In this document: in pieces, positions 6,594-7,805 of the stretch | Layout of the letters: every line of letters starts with the position of its first letter | Position numbering within the stretch: the first letter of the stretch is position 1 | Source: Fonticula alba ATCC 38817 | Lineage: Eukaryota; Protista; Nucleariida | DNA: 7,805 nucleotides | Direction: 5' to 3' (one strand) | NCBI GenBank assembly: GCA_000388065.2 | Contig: KB932208.1 | Position numbers and translations under genes: made by a program | Notes under the pieces: generated by a model | Told to the model about the DNA's origin: nothing | The model's database searches: none | What the model saw: the letters and a program-made list of their open reading frames with translations, nothing else

Positions 6594-6764
6594 CTGCCCG
6601 GCCAGATTGCGGGTTGACAGAGGGAGATGGCTCGGCCGTTTTACCCTGGCCCACAGGGGCGGGCATCCTGGCGGATGGCTCACGCATCTCGCTCAGGCCC
6701 AAGGGGGCGGGCGCAGGCCGATCGCCGAGGACCGCTCCGCAAAGGGCGAGGGGGACGGGACAGG

Positions 6765-6840
6765 TATTTATTTAGGTGCGTGGGTGCTGGGCCTCCCCCG
6801 CCCCGCCGCGCGCCAAGGTAACGATCTGTTATTTAAAGAG
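6765..6840. promoter_or_regulatory. AT-rich patches (TATTTATTTA at 6765-6774, TTATTTAAA at 6829-6837); candidate core promoter or minus-strand poly(A) signal (AATAAA at 6772-6767)
   Basis: These are rare AT-rich words in very GC-rich DNA between genes. The function cannot be distinguished from sequence. Confidence 0.25.
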
Positions 6841-7153
6841 CGGCCGAAGAAACTGCCACGCCCAGCGGTTACACTTTGGCGTGTCCATTCTCCGGGGCCG
6901 GCCCTCGCCGGCTCCCCCCTCCCGGGGCGGGGGGGTCCATGCGCTGCGCCCAAGGACCGGGGCGCAGAATACTGGGTCTATTAATAATCTGGCTGGATAT
7001 TTGCCGTCTGGCCGGAGCAACATTGGCCAGCCCAGCCCCTCCCCCCCCCCCCGGCTTGCCCGAACAGAGGCAGCGTGCGGAAGAGGGGACGGCCGCCGGT
7101 CGGCGCGCTGGGGCAGGAGAATGGGGGGCGACGGGGAGATCTAATGGCACAAT

Positions 7154-7618
7154 TCATCTAACGTAACTGTCATGCCGCCGGTTGGCATGTGGGCCCCCGG
7201 CCGGCGGAGGGGGCCAGCTCGTCGCATCTCGGCGGCAGATCATGTGTCCCCGGGGCACTTGACGCCTGAGATCATCCAGCCAGATCACAAGGCGACTATC
7301 TCCCGTCCCTGCCGGGCAGGGGCTACTGGCGCGGCCGCGGCCGCAGCCGCGAGCCAGTGGACTCCCCTGGGGGCGTCCCTCGCCCGCCGGGCGGCGTCCC
7401 TCGATGTGCCCCGGGCCCGGCTCGGGTGCCAGGCTGCTCTCCGGTTGTTTTTTTTCGTCCCCGCCCCCCCTCACGGGGGCGGGGCGGTCCCCGGAGTGTG
7501 GGCCCCTCGTCATGGGCACGCCCGCTGAGTGCGCGCCGGGCAGGCCGGGGCGCTCGGCCGGCGAGCATGCCGCGGCGGCCCCCCGGGGGGGGGGGGCACA
7601 CGGCTCTCTACTTCCCAT
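7154..7618 (-). CDS. Possible hypothetical protein (154 aa) or terminal exon(s) of a gene entering from the right
   Basis: The open frame ends in RLVIWLDDLRRQVPRGHMICRRD...SYVR*, and a GTACGTG donor at 7716 lies upstream on the same strand. A competing plus-strand ORF (7172-7528) overlaps it. Confidence 0.25.
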   Translation of the reverse strand: MGSREPCAPPPRGAAAACSPAERPGLPGAHSAGVPMTRGPHSGDRPAPVRGGGDEKKQPESSLAPEPGPGHIEGRRPAGEGRPQGSPLARGCGRGRASSPCPAGTGDSRLVIWLDDLRRQVPRGHMICRRDATSWPPPPAGGPHANRRHDSYVR

Positions 7619-7805
7619 CGGGCCTGGGGCGAGGGCAGGGGCCTCGGCCCCGTCGCCTGAAGCCGAGACGTGCTCGAGGGAGGCGGGCCCGATCGGGGGT
7701 GGCTGATGGCACGTACACGCGTGCGTCTGTGCGTGTTATGCCCCTCCCCCGGCCCCCCCCCCCCTCCGCGGGTTCCGCGCGAGCGCGGAGAATGCGTCCC
7801 TCTTG

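Noticed and set aside
6764-6838. Tiny GT...AG segments on the plus strand (6764-6775, 6818-6838) and donor-like GTGCGT/GTAACG
   Set aside because: They are far shorter than the other introns here, lack a supporting exon frame, and are explained by the local AT-rich patches.
1-7805. CRISPR array, transposon, viral (herpesvirus-like GC-rich) genome, rRNA or tRNA
   Set aside because: There is no repeat-spacer periodicity, no terminal repeats or transposase/RT/capsid motifs, and no recognisable structural RNA. Multiple canonical spliceosomal introns and intronic microsatellites indicate a eukaryotic nuclear locus.

Overview
This is GC-rich eukaryotic genomic DNA with spliceosomal introns and two assembly gaps (N622-1206, N3336-4325). 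I cannot identify the organism. I found no prokaryotic operons, RNA genes, CRISPR arrays or mobile elements. The main content is (1) a minus-strand multi-exon F-box/leucine-rich-repeat (FBXL-type) gene whose N-terminal region carries a Pro7-Ser5-Gln30 tract, and (2) a convergent plus-strand 380-aa ORF (1286-2428) that I cannot assign to a family. The strongest observation is that bases 1-621 are not a separate locus. They carry two LRR exons that splice in phase between the exons flanking the second gap, and bases 1-36 are identical to 3300-3335. The piece most likely belongs inside gap 2, a scaffolding misorder; a real partial duplication is less likely. Reordering gives a continuous FBXL reading frame of about 540 or 660 aa from ATG 6007, depending on a doubtful last intron. 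The right end (about 6600-7805) is ambiguous. I found no evidence for a new biological system. The best candidates for follow-up are the orphan ORF and the polyQ-bearing FBXL gene. All coordinates and counts were done by hand.
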